Origin: Minisyncoccia bacterium
GTDB lineage: Bacteria > Patescibacteriota > Minisyncoccia > Phycocordibacterales > SBAW01
DNA: 64,000 nucleotides
Direction of reading: 5' to 3'
Assembly: GCA_049997855.1 (NCBI GenBank)
Contig: JBEKSG010000004.1
Span: 2,607 to 66,606, forward strand
Part shown: in pieces, positions 30,665 through 39,687 of the stretch
Layout of the letters: the number at the start of each line of letters is the position of its first letter
How positions within the stretch are numbered: position 1 is the first letter of the stretch
Position numbers and translations under genes: made by a program
The notes under the pieces: model-generated
What the model was told of the DNA's origin: nothing
The model's database searches: none
What the model saw: only the letters and a program-made list of their open reading frames with translations

Positions 30665-30800
30665 GACTTGCCGGTCGTTGGGCTATTTATTAATTAAATA
30701 GCCAAAGAGCAGTACAGGAGCGGTCGGCAAGTCTTAGAACCTTCTGAGAATGAGGCTCCCAAAAAGTGACACGGTTAAATGCCATTCCTGTGTCACTTTT
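30664..30800. repeat. Nested hairpin plus spaced inverted repeat after the xis-like gene
   Basis: AGACTTGCCG/CGGCAAGTCT enclosing GGCTATTTA/TAAATAGCC; AAAAGTGACAC-N17-GTGTCACTTTT (30762-30800). Confidence 0.7.
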
Positions 30801-30942
30801 GTAACTTTTTGGTGCGCTCAAGTCGCGTCGATCGGGTAATGTAGAATATAGCTAAACCGCCTTGCAGGACTCGGCCGACCACGGTTCTAGCTCAAGTCGG
30901 CCAGCCAATGGATTTGATGGTGCAGTAGAGTAGAATGAATGT

Positions 30943-31251
30943 ATGGCTTGGTATCTGTATATAGCTAGCTTTTTTGCCGGAATTTTTTTAGCCAATGCAA
31001 TCCCGCATTTCATGCAGGGTGTTTCGGGGAATAGATTTCCCTCACCGTTTGCCAAACCACCCGGCAGGGGACTGTCATCTCCGATGGTCAACGTGGTGTG
31101 GGCACTGTTCAATTTCGTAGTCGGTTATCTGCTGTTACAGGTGGGGCAGGTACGCTCCGGCAACATGATGTCACTCGTCATTTTCTTTGTCGGTGCCGCT
31201 GCCATCAGCATCATGTCGAGCATCAACTTTCAAAAGAAAGAAAGAGAATGA
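30943..31251 (+). CDS. Small membrane protein
   Basis: NAIPHF...FPSPFAKPPGRGLSSP; three TM helices. Confidence 0.7.
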   Translation: MAWYLYIASFFAGIFLANAIPHFMQGVSGNRFPSPFAKPPGRGLSSPMVNVVWALFNFVVGYLLLQVGQVRSGNMMSLVIFFVGAAAISIMSSINFQKKERE

Positions 31252-31275
31252 TTGAGATAGCGGCTTCTTAAGTCT

Positions 31276-31632
31276 ATGACTGACCAACCACAAGCAACCG
31301 ACTATTTGGGGAAATCTGTTTTAGTTAAAATAGACCGACCTCTTCATTCAAAACATCCGAAGCATGGTTTTATATATGAGTTGAATTACGGATTTATTCC
31401 CGACACATGTTCCCCCGACGGTGAGGAACTCGACGCGTATGTGCTCAGTGTTACAGAGCCACTGGAAACTTTTACGGGCAAATGCATCGCAGTTATTCAT
31501 CGAACGAACGATGACGATGACAAATTGGTTGTCATTCCGGAAGATATAAAAAATATGACCGATGAGGATATCCGCGCCGCAACGAATTTTCAAGAACAGT
31601 TTTTTAAATCTGAAATAATACGACGCGCATAA
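31276..31632 (+). CDS. Short family I inorganic pyrophosphatase-like protein
   Basis: YELNYGFIPDT, DGEELDAYVL, DDDKLVV. Confidence 0.8.
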   Translation: MTDQPQATDYLGKSVLVKIDRPLHSKHPKHGFIYELNYGFIPDTCSPDGEELDAYVLSVTEPLETFTGKCIAVIHRTNDDDDKLVVIPEDIKNMTDEDIRAATNFQEQFFKSEIIRRA

Positions 31633-31749
31633 ACTTTTCGTCCCACAGTTTCTCGTTGGCTCGATTCATCTCCTTAAAACTTCCCAAAACTCCAAAAGAG
31701 CGTCCTGTAGACAACCCCCTTCGCAAGCCTCTATATCTAAGCTAAGGTG

Positions 31750-31778
31750 TTGGACGGTACCAAATTAGGCGGTATCAT
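31750..31778 (+). promoter_or_regulatory. Sigma70-type promoter
   Basis: TTGGAC-17 nt-TATCAT. Confidence 0.55.
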
Positions 31779-31784
31779 GGTTCT

Positions 31785-31945
31785 GTACAACTGAATAGGG
31801 CTAAGGACCTACCCCGGCGAGTTTTTCTCTCCGGCAAGGTCGAAAATCGTAAGTCACAGAAAACCCGTTATCAGGGCGTGACTTACGTTATCAGGGGAAA
31901 CTCTGATAGGGCCGCAAGGCCTCCTGGTAGCGGGCTTTGTGTTTT
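31785..31945 (+). ncRNA. Candidate structured leader RNA
   Basis: Several helices, two GNRA tetraloops (GAAA, GCAA), 12-bp long-range pairing with G-U pairs. Confidence 0.5.
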
Positions 31946-31996
31946 CCAAAGTCCATACTACCGGAGGCGATTATTAGTTTTTAGTAACCGCACTAT

Positions 31997-32899
31997 ATGG
32001 ACATACAAGAGGTCGCGAAGAAAAAGATGTTCTATAAACGCTGGTGGTTTTGGGTCGGTATTGTTATCGTCCTGCTCTTAATAATAAGTATCGCCGCAAG
32101 CTCCGGCTCTCCAACCGCCAGCAGCTCTGACATAACGAGCGCGTGCAATGGGTTCTCTCCCGACGCCACCCAGCCGATTGATTACAAGGAACTCAGCAAG
32201 AATCCCGACTCTTTCAAATCCGACCGATCTACGTTTACCGGCCAGATTCTGCAAATTCAAGAATCAGGCGGCGTTGGGTATATGCGCCTCGCGGTCGACA
32301 GAGACCAGTTCGGCTGGAATTTCAGCGACATCATCTTGGTTGATTACCAAGGTCACACCGACGCCGTCCAGAACGACGTCATGACTGTCGGCGGCACTAT
32401 GGAGGGCAGCCAAACTTACACCTCACAAGCGAACTTTCAAATCACTCTGCCTCTCATGTACGCTTGCTCAATTACAGAAGCCTCTTCTACTGCAAACGCA
32501 GCATCGACCCAAACCAAAACTGCCGCCGCCCCCACTCCGTCTGCTCCCCAGCAGACTCACAGCACCCAAAGCAGCGCGACGGTAAACAATAGCGGCACCG
32601 TCACTTCGCCACCCGCGCCGCCGGCCTCGTGGCACACAGTTACAACCTTCAGCGGCCAGACGCAGAAGAATACACCTCCATTTACCATCAAGGGATCGCA
32701 GTGGCGCATCACCTGGCAAGAGACGGGCGACGGCTACTTTGGCGCGGATACCCAAAGCCCTGATGGCAGCAACTATTGTTCCATCGCAAATCTCGCCGGT
32801 CCAGGTTCCGACTCTACTTACTGCTACACGCCGGGCACGTATTACATTTCGGTCAACACGGCTAATTCTTGGACGATGACCGTGGAGGACTACTACTAA
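31997..32899 (+). CDS. Membrane-anchored surface protein
   Basis: FYKRWWFW plus TM helix; YKELSKNPD...FTGQILQIQE OB-like domain; S/T/P linker; beta-rich C-terminal domain. Confidence 0.75.
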   Translation: MDIQEVAKKKMFYKRWWFWVGIVIVLLLIISIAASSGSPTASSSDITSACNGFSPDATQPIDYKELSKNPDSFKSDRSTFTGQILQIQESGGVGYMRLAVDRDQFGWNFSDIILVDYQGHTDAVQNDVMTVGGTMEGSQTYTSQANFQITLPLMYACSITEASSTANAASTQTKTAAAPTPSAPQQTHSTQSSATVNNSGTVTSPPAPPASWHTVTTFSGQTQKNTPPFTIKGSQWRITWQETGDGYFGADTQSPDGSNYCSIANLAGPGSDSTYCYTPGTYYISVNTANSWTMTVEDYY

Positions 32900-34719
32900 T
32901 ACCTCCGCATCATTTTGTTGAAGACATCCCGCTCCTCGTTTTTGATCCGTTCCCTCGCTATCCTATCCGCCTCCCGGTGCCGCTCGAGCAATGCGCGTGC
33001 GGGATCCCAGCCGCTGCGCGGCACTTCTTGTTTGCCGATGATCTCGAGGTCGGCTTCGTGCTCATTCATGGGGCCCTCCGGCGGCGGAGTATACGTTCCC
33101 GACGGCACCACGAATTTAGTCCTCGTGTATTCCCGCATCTCCGAATAGGCAAACCACAGCGCCATCAGCGAGTCGCCGGAGTGCCCGTCGGGGAAGGCCC
33201 GCATCTCGTTTACTAACTGGGTAACAAGTCGAAGCGTCCGCGCGTCCTTTGTATTGTATGGAAGAATAAACTTGCCCTGCGCCAAGGCGATCGCCAAACT
33301 GTTCACTCCGATGTCCGGGTCGTGTTTCTCCGCGCCCGTTTTGTAGCCTCGTACGGGAATGTTGTAATCGCCGAGGTCGAGCACCAGCGATTCTTGAAAC
33401 GCGACCGATTCGACCCGTATGCCCACAGGCTCCACTGCGGCGTCGTGTTTCAACACTATGTCTATGGTTTCCTTGGGAGCGAACTTTCCGCGCACGATAT
33501 TGCGTAAGACGAGGTCTCCTCTCTTGAATTCACCTCCGTCATATTTGATCCGGTCGATGCTGAGCAAGACGGTATCGTCGGAGGAATCTTTGAGAGAGAT
33601 AGCCAAGTCGAGTCCCGATGCCGTACACTCGGTCTCGTACTCCGTGCGGAGAGCGTCCTGCAACGTTAAATCTCTACCTTTGTGGAGAGCCTTCTCGATA
33701 TCCGCCTCGGAAAACTTTTGATTCGGCCGCGATGAGGGGTCGCACTGGAACATGCGCGCGAATGAGTAGGGGTTGGCAATCCGTCTGAGATACAGGTCGG
33801 CATAAGGGAACCGCTCAGGCCACAGCACCTCCACCCCCTTCTCCATCTCAACTTTATGTTCGGCATAGAAGGCGTTCGACCTGGACCGCTTTTCCTCCGG
33901 CGGCAAGCTTTCGTCGAGGTGAATGTTCGCCCACTGCTCCCACAGGTCCTGCCGCGTCGCCTCATGGAGAATGGCGGCCGTGCGCCTGCGGACATCGAAT
34001 TGAGGATCTTTGAGCAAGTTGTTCATAAGGTCGTCCATATGCCACACGTTGCCCATGTAGATGAACCGCCCGCCTGGTACAAGAATCGGCATAAGCGTGG
34101 TGTATACCCAGTCCTTTATTTTCTTGCGCTGTTCTTCGGTTGCGCTGTTTTCCTGATTAACTATGTCGTCGCAGATGATGATGTCGGCGCGTTTGGAGAT
34201 GAGCGGCCCAAAGAGGCCGGTCGCGACAATGGTCGCATCCTTGAGCCGGTAATCGTCGCGTTCAATGACAATTGAGTCGGTGCCCCAGCGTTCCTCTCGC
34301 TTCTGCCGCATCTTGAGCTTAGGTGTTACCCCTTTCTTCGTCGGGTCGATGGTCTGTCCCCACAGCCGGTACTTCGTATTGCGCTCGATGTGCCCGGTGA
34401 TTTCTCTCATGAACATGCGCGTCACGTCGGCGGTGCTCGACACCAAAAGAATCCGCACATTGTGGTTGCGGGCTATCTCCCACAATGCATACGCCACCGA
34501 GAGGTGTGTCGACTTGCCGAACCCACGCGGCAGGGCGATGGCGAGCTTGCGATTGAGCTGGTTAGAGAGCGTATCGTCAAGCTCATTGTGAAAGGGCGCA
34601 TTATCGAGCCCTATTATCTCCGCGATAAACATGCGGAAGTTGTCTGCCGACAAGGCACACATGACCGCCAGCTCACTGAGCCGCCCATTGTTTTCCTTAC
34701 TTTCCTTATTCTTTTTCAT
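32896..34719 (-). CDS. Phage terminase large subunit
   Basis: Walker A PRGFGKST, Walker B IIICDD, GNVWHMDDL, nuclease GLDLA...DDT...HSGDSLMAL. Confidence 0.85.
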   Translation of the reverse strand: MKKNKESKENNGRLSELAVMCALSADNFRMFIAEIIGLDNAPFHNELDDTLSNQLNRKLAIALPRGFGKSTHLSVAYALWEIARNHNVRILLVSSTADVTRMFMREITGHIERNTKYRLWGQTIDPTKKGVTPKLKMRQKREERWGTDSIVIERDDYRLKDATIVATGLFGPLISKRADIIICDDIVNQENSATEEQRKKIKDWVYTTLMPILVPGGRFIYMGNVWHMDDLMNNLLKDPQFDVRRRTAAILHEATRQDLWEQWANIHLDESLPPEEKRSRSNAFYAEHKVEMEKGVEVLWPERFPYADLYLRRIANPYSFARMFQCDPSSRPNQKFSEADIEKALHKGRDLTLQDALRTEYETECTASGLDLAISLKDSSDDTVLLSIDRIKYDGGEFKRGDLVLRNIVRGKFAPKETIDIVLKHDAAVEPVGIRVESVAFQESLVLDLGDYNIPVRGYKTGAEKHDPDIGVNSLAIALAQGKFILPYNTKDARTLRLVTQLVNEMRAFPDGHSGDSLMALWFAYSEMREYTRTKFVVPSGTYTPPPEGPMNEHEADLEIIGKQEVPRSGWDPARALLERHREADRIARERIKNEERDVFNKMMRRY

Positions 34720-35137
34720 GGTTGTCAGACTTAGGTTGATCATTGTTCAAGAAAGGTTCGATGAGTTTCTTGGTCTCGGGCTTGAGTTCGCCGAACACTT
34801 CAAGAAAAAGGTTCTCATCACTATCCTGCGCTATGGCAAAGCCCGAATCGAACATGCGCTGGCGGTAATTGGTGTGATTGTTTTTGAGCCAGAAGATGAC
34901 CGCCGTGTAATTCGCGTTCTTGATGCCCGCGAGCAGCTGCGACTCGGCGGCGTCGTTTACGACGGCGATTCCTTCTGTCAGCGCTTTGTTTACTGCCTTG
35001 GCAAACTCGGGGTCATCTTCCTTCCAGCGGTAGAGCGAGGCGCGGCTGACGCCGACTTTTTCGCAGGCAATCTGGATGATGGGCGTTCTCTGCAGCTGCT
35101 CCAGCAACAGCTCTTTCATGCGCTTATTTCGCTTCAT
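34706..35137 (-). CDS. Terminase small subunit-like HTH protein
   Basis: IACEKVGVSRASLYRWKEDDPEF, AVIFWLKN; directly upstream of TerL. Confidence 0.75.
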   Translation of the reverse strand: MKRNKRMKELLLEQLQRTPIIQIACEKVGVSRASLYRWKEDDPEFAKAVNKALTEGIAVVNDAAESQLLAGIKNANYTAVIFWLKNNHTNYRQRMFDSGFAIAQDSDENLFLEVFGELKPETKKLIEPFLNNDQPKSDNHEKE

Positions 35138-35909
35138 ATATGATTTTCGCTTGCTTGCCGGTTAATTTCTCCCACCGTTCGACTGCGATGAGAACGTACT
35201 CCAAGTCCAGCTCGACTCCGAAGCACCGCCGTTTCGTCTGCTCCGCCGCCAGCAGGGTCGTGCCGCTGCCGAGGAAGCCGTCGTAGACCGTGTCGCCGAT
35301 GTCGGTTGAGTTGAGGATGAGGCGGCGGATGAGACCGATAGGTTTGGTCGTCGGATGCATCTTGCTTTTGGTCGGGCGGGGATAGAACAGCACCGACTTG
35401 TCCTTCGACCGGCGAAACTTATGGACTCCGTGCCAGCCGTAAAGGATGAGTTCATGCGCGGGCGCGTAATCGAGCCGCCCGACCACCGCCTGCGACTTCA
35501 CCCATACCAGCAACTGTGCGACTTTGAAATCTGCTTCCAGCATTCCTTCCCGCAACGCCCACACCATCTTGTCGGCGTTGAAGATGTAGGCGGCGTTGCG
35601 CCGGGCAAGAAAGGGAGTGACCGCCTCAAGCCACTCGCGTGTGAACTTTCGATACTCCGCGTCCGACTGCAAGTGGTCGTTGGCAACCGCCTTGTCTTTA
35701 GAGAGCGTCTTGAAGCCGCGCTTGGATTCGGCTACCGCCACGCCGTACGGCACGTCACAACACAGCAGATTGACGTGGGTATCTCCAATGAGCCTCTCAA
35801 GCAGCTTTTTGTCCCGTGCGTCGCCATATGCGAGGCGATGCTCGTCGAGTTGCCAGATGGTCCCGGGCTTAATTAAGTTTTTTTGCTTTGATTCCGGTTG
35901 CTTGTTCAT
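35124..35909 (-). CDS. N4/N6 DNA methyltransferase (beta class)
   Basis: CDVPY (DPPY variant), HPTTKP, DGFLGSGTT. Confidence 0.85.
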   Translation of the reverse strand: MNKQPESKQKNLIKPGTIWQLDEHRLAYGDARDKKLLERLIGDTHVNLLCCDVPYGVAVAESKRGFKTLSKDKAVANDHLQSDAEYRKFTREWLEAVTPFLARRNAAYIFNADKMVWALREGMLEADFKVAQLLVWVKSQAVVGRLDYAPAHELILYGWHGVHKFRRSKDKSVLFYPRPTKSKMHPTTKPIGLIRRLILNSTDIGDTVYDGFLGSGTTLLAAEQTKRRCFGVELDLEYVLIAVERWEKLTGKQAKIIYEAK

Positions 35910-37149
35910 ATCGTTTGATGATGAGATCCGCGAAGATAAGATTAAATTCCAAGGTGAAGCACACGCGTTTGAGCGCGTCGCAGGCAAGCAGCGTCGACCC
36001 GCTGCCGCCGAATAAATCAAGGACTGTACCTCCCGGCCGCGTGCACCGCTTGAGCGGCCGCTCGTGGAGGGTGAGGGGTTTTTGCGTAGGATGTTCGTAC
36101 TCAACTCCCGCAACGCGCTTGGCGAGCCATATGTCCATCGAGTCTTTGATATCGTCCATCAATTTATTACCCGAAGGTCCCAACTCCTTGTTGAGCACTT
36201 CGGCAAAGTTAAGGCCGACCGGGAAGATGTACGGACCCCCGCGCGTCGCATACACGCACGGCTCGTAACATTTATTAAACGCGACGTTGGGAGTCGGATT
36301 CGCCGCACCTTTTATCCACAGACACACCCGCCTGTTTTGCAGGCCAAGCTCGGCGAACAACCCCTGCACCATGCCGATGTATTTTTGGTCGGCCCAATAG
36401 AAGGTATGGCAGTCGGGTTTCGTTACCGCGAGAGCGTTCTCCATCGAGGTATGCAGAAACGCGCGGTATTCCTCGTCCGACTGCGTGTCGTCAACTACGC
36501 CGCCATAGTGCGCTTTGCCGCTGACTCCCTTGTCGTAATCGAGCGAGATATTGTACGGCGGGTCGCAGTAAATCATGTCGATTTGCGTCTTGCCGACCAG
36601 CCGCTTCACCGCCGCCGAATCGAGAGCGTCTCCCACCAATAGTCGGTGCGGTCCGAGCGCGTAGAGGTCCCCGAGTTTTGATTTCGGTTCTACACTTTTG
36701 GCGAGTTCCGCCTCGACATCAAACTCATCGTCACTTACCTCAAGCGCGTCGGCAAAAATGACCGACAAATCGTTGTCGTCAAACCCCGAGGCGAGCATGG
36801 TGTCGAGATCGAAGTACTGCCCGAGCACTCCATAGTCCCAATCGCCATGGATGCGATTACTTGAGAGGAGGTATTGCTCGTACTCTTGTTTGGTTAATTT
36901 TCTGCTGGGCACACGCACGGGGATTTCTTCTTCGCCGCGCCCAAGCAGTTGGAGCGCGAGCAGGCGTTGATGCCCGGCGATTATTTTGTCGTCCGCATCG
37001 ATGACCGGCAGCTCGACGATGTCGAACTTGCGGAGACTCTTTTTGAGGTCCTCCATTTGTTTGGGGGACATAACACGGGGATTCTTGGGGTTGGGGACGA
37101 GCACGGAGACTTTGCGGGTCTCGGTGCGCCATTGGAGCTTTTGAGCCAT
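35869..37149 (-). CDS. ParB-like domain-DNA methyltransferase fusion
   Basis: PKNPR, IIAGHQRL, CDPPYN, HPTQKP, DLFGGSGST. Confidence 0.9.
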   Translation of the reverse strand: MAQKLQWRTETRKVSVLVPNPKNPRVMSPKQMEDLKKSLRKFDIVELPVIDADDKIIAGHQRLLALQLLGRGEEEIPVRVPSRKLTKQEYEQYLLSSNRIHGDWDYGVLGQYFDLDTMLASGFDDNDLSVIFADALEVSDDEFDVEAELAKSVEPKSKLGDLYALGPHRLLVGDALDSAAVKRLVGKTQIDMIYCDPPYNISLDYDKGVSGKAHYGGVVDDTQSDEEYRAFLHTSMENALAVTKPDCHTFYWADQKYIGMVQGLFAELGLQNRRVCLWIKGAANPTPNVAFNKCYEPCVYATRGGPYIFPVGLNFAEVLNKELGPSGNKLMDDIKDSMDIWLAKRVAGVEYEHPTQKPLTLHERPLKRCTRPGGTVLDLFGGSGSTLLACDALKRVCFTLEFNLIFADLIIKRYEQATGIKAKKLN

Positions 37150-37279
37150 ATATGTAATAGGTTAACGAATAATGGAGGCTACTATCGGCCTCTATATACA
37201 CTGCCCATAGGAAAAGGAGATTTTGTGACATATATGAAAAACCGCCCTTTTAGGACGGTCGTGTCAGGCGCACACGCTG

Positions 37280-38257
37280 CTATTTCTCGAGCAATTTCTT
37301 CAATTTCTTCAAGGCGCGGCTTTTCGCTTGGCGTGCGGCCACACCCAGTTTCTTTCCTTGTCCCGCATTCTCGATAGCGGCCCGTTCTGCGGGCGGCAAT
37401 TCTGCCAAAGCTTTATACAAAAGCTCTTGCCGCTCGTCGCGCAGCAGCGCTTCGGGAAGTGTGGAATAGTCAGCGAGATATTTCTCCGCGCTCAATGCTT
37501 CTTCCGTGCTCATGTCGTCCAGCGAAATATTTCCCCCTTTATTCTCAAGCGTAGGCCTCGAGCCATTTATGCGTTTGCCGTAGCGGTAGTCATCATTGCG
37601 TTTATATAACCGCTTCGGGGCTTCCGTCGCAAGCAAGGGCTTGCCGTCGCGGGGGCGCATCTTTCGCGTTTCTTCGACAGCCAACTTTAGATCTCCGAAC
37701 GCGCCAATGTACGCCAGCTTGTTGAACTGTAGTTTGAACCGCGAGCGGAGCGTAAGGAACAAATGCATGAGATCCAATGTCACAGCATCGCTGGCGTCAG
37801 TCTGCTTTGCGAGTAGCGCTCCGGTCGCGATAATCTTCGAGCGTGTTTTTTCAAGTTCGCGCATCCTGGACTGGCAGTCCTCAAGCATCCCCTTGGTTAT
37901 CGGAGGCGTATGCGCCGCCAAATCGGCCATGGCCGCATCGTCCAGCTCTTCATCCGTTTCCTCCCACAGATAACTGCGCTGCACACCGTTGCGGCTGGGC
38001 GTGTAAAATACCTTCGCCAGCATGGAGAAGCCTACTAGCATATCGGGATCGAGGCGTTTGTCTTCTATCGATGATAGGAAGTACTGTAGGCCGAGGTAGT
38101 GGGCATAGACTCCGTCTAGGTAAGTCAGCCCCGGGTGTTCGACACACCTTCGCCCGTATTCTTCAAGCTCGCGCTGGGCGGATGGGCTATTGGTTTCTGC
38201 CTCATAGCGCTCGAGCGCTTGCTCAAGAGAGGTACTTGCTGGCTTAGTACTTGGCAT
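37280..38257 (-). CDS. Protein with C-terminal sigma region-4-like HTH
   Basis: ISLDD...PEALL...LYKALAELPPAERAAI...SRALKKLKKLL. Confidence 0.6.
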   Translation of the reverse strand: MPSTKPASTSLEQALERYEAETNSPSAQRELEEYGRRCVEHPGLTYLDGVYAHYLGLQYFLSSIEDKRLDPDMLVGFSMLAKVFYTPSRNGVQRSYLWEETDEELDDAAMADLAAHTPPITKGMLEDCQSRMRELEKTRSKIIATGALLAKQTDASDAVTLDLMHLFLTLRSRFKLQFNKLAYIGAFGDLKLAVEETRKMRPRDGKPLLATEAPKRLYKRNDDYRYGKRINGSRPTLENKGGNISLDDMSTEEALSAEKYLADYSTLPEALLRDERQELLYKALAELPPAERAAIENAGQGKKLGVAARQAKSRALKKLKKLLEK

Positions 38258-38476
38258 ATATTTAATTATATCAAAAAACCTTAGTTTCTTTGCGCTTTCC
38301 GCCGATTGTGAGACAGCCGAGAAAAAACCGCCGCTCCCTTTTTATAGCGTCTTTATTTTCTCACTTTACGCAGCAGAGCCGTATTTTAGTCAAAAGTGCG
38401 ACAGAAAGTTCGCCAGTTTGGAAAATTAGTCCGCGACTCCGGTGCCTTCGCGCGGCAGCAAAGTATGTTTTTGTTC

Positions 38477-38707
38477 AGTACCATACCGCCACTCCTCTTA
38501 ACCACCCAACATTTGTCGAAAAGCGCCAAAGTGGCTTGCAACCGACCCATTCCGACAGGCATCAGTCAGGCATACCATATATAGGTACAAGAACCCTTAT
38601 GGTGCTTGCGGGGTAGGGTACGGTACCGCCCAGGGACACAGCGTTGTGAGAGGGTGTTTTCAGACCGTCAGGCCTCAAAACCCGCACAAAAGTAGTACCA
38701 TACCGCC
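38477..38707. repeat. Direct repeat AGTACCATACCGCC (two copies)
   Basis: Exact 14-mer at 38477-38490 and 38694-38707; 12-mer core also at 17783-17794. Confidence 0.8.
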
Positions 38708-38891
38708 GCCCCTATTCGGCCAATAAATCTCTTAAATCCAGGAAAGGTTTTTTTGGTCTGTAATGTTTAGAACGTACTTTGGAGCGCAAGTCCTGTTCTC
38801 GATTAAATAGATATTTGGTGTCCTTGTCGTGAAATAACGAGTAAAAGTCTGGGAACAGACACAAATCATTAAAGGGTTATACTCATAAGGT

Positions 38892-39677
38892 ATGATCCAG
38901 GTGACTAACCTTAGCAAAAGATATGGCGATCAAGTGGCCGTGGATGATATTACTTTTACGGTAAATGATGGGGAGGTGTTTGCGTTTCTTGGTCCCAACG
39001 GCGCAGGCAAGACCACCACTGTCAAAATGCTCACAACCCTTCTTCGTCCAACTACGGGGAAGGTTAGGCTCGACAATATTGATCCTGTGCGCGAACCGGA
39101 ACTGGCGCGTCGACAGTTTGGCATCGTGTTTCAGGATCCAAGCGTTGATGACGACTTAACCGCCTGGGAAAACATGGAGTTGCACGGGGTGCTGTATGAC
39201 GTTCCGGATGCGGTACGGCGGGAGCGAAGCGAGGAGCTTTTAAAAGCTGTCGATCTGTGGGACCGGAGAGACAGCGTGGTTAAATCATTTTCCGGAGGGA
39301 TGAAACGCCGGCTCGAAATAGCCCGGGGACTTTTGCACGATCCCAAGATACTTTTTCTTGACGAGCCGACGACAGGGCTCGATCCCCAGACGAGAAATCT
39401 TTTATGGGAACGTCTCCAGAAGCTCAATCAAAGCGAGGGTATGACTATTTTTCTCACCACTCACTATATGGAAGAAGCCGAAAAGATGGCAACCCGCATT
39501 GCCATCATCGACCACGGTAAAATAATTGCCACGGGATCATCGAGCGACCTCAAGGCTCAAACGGGAACCGCTTCTCTCGAGGAAGCGTTTCTTGCGCTGA
39601 CGGGCAAGAATATCCGCGACGAAGACGCCGACTCCGCTGGCCGCATGAGAGCGATGGGGCGTCTGCACGGAAGATAA
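38892..39677 (+). CDS. ABC-2 (DrrA-like) ATP-binding protein
   Basis: GPNGAGKTT, FSGGMKRR, LFLDEPT, TTHYMEEA. Confidence 0.93.
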   Translation: MIQVTNLSKRYGDQVAVDDITFTVNDGEVFAFLGPNGAGKTTTVKMLTTLLRPTTGKVRLDNIDPVREPELARRQFGIVFQDPSVDDDLTAWENMELHGVLYDVPDAVRRERSEELLKAVDLWDRRDSVVKSFSGGMKRRLEIARGLLHDPKILFLDEPTTGLDPQTRNLLWERLQKLNQSEGMTIFLTTHYMEEAEKMATRIAIIDHGKIIATGSSSDLKAQTGTASLEEAFLALTGKNIRDEDADSAGRMRAMGRLHGR

Positions 39678-39687
39678 TCCACATCAC

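Larger units (their letters stand above)
17754..38706. mobile_element. Integrated serine-recombinase element with terminase and methylases, no capsid genes
   Basis: Recombinase at one end, sigma-like/MTase/TerS/TerL at the other; imperfect direct repeat CCGTCAGGC-N20/21-GTACCATACCGC at 17754-17794 and 38665-38706; follows a tRNA 3' end; boundaries inferred. Confidence 0.65.

Noticed and set aside
18607-38257. Complete prophage
   Set aside because: No portal, capsid, tail, lysis or replication genes recognised.
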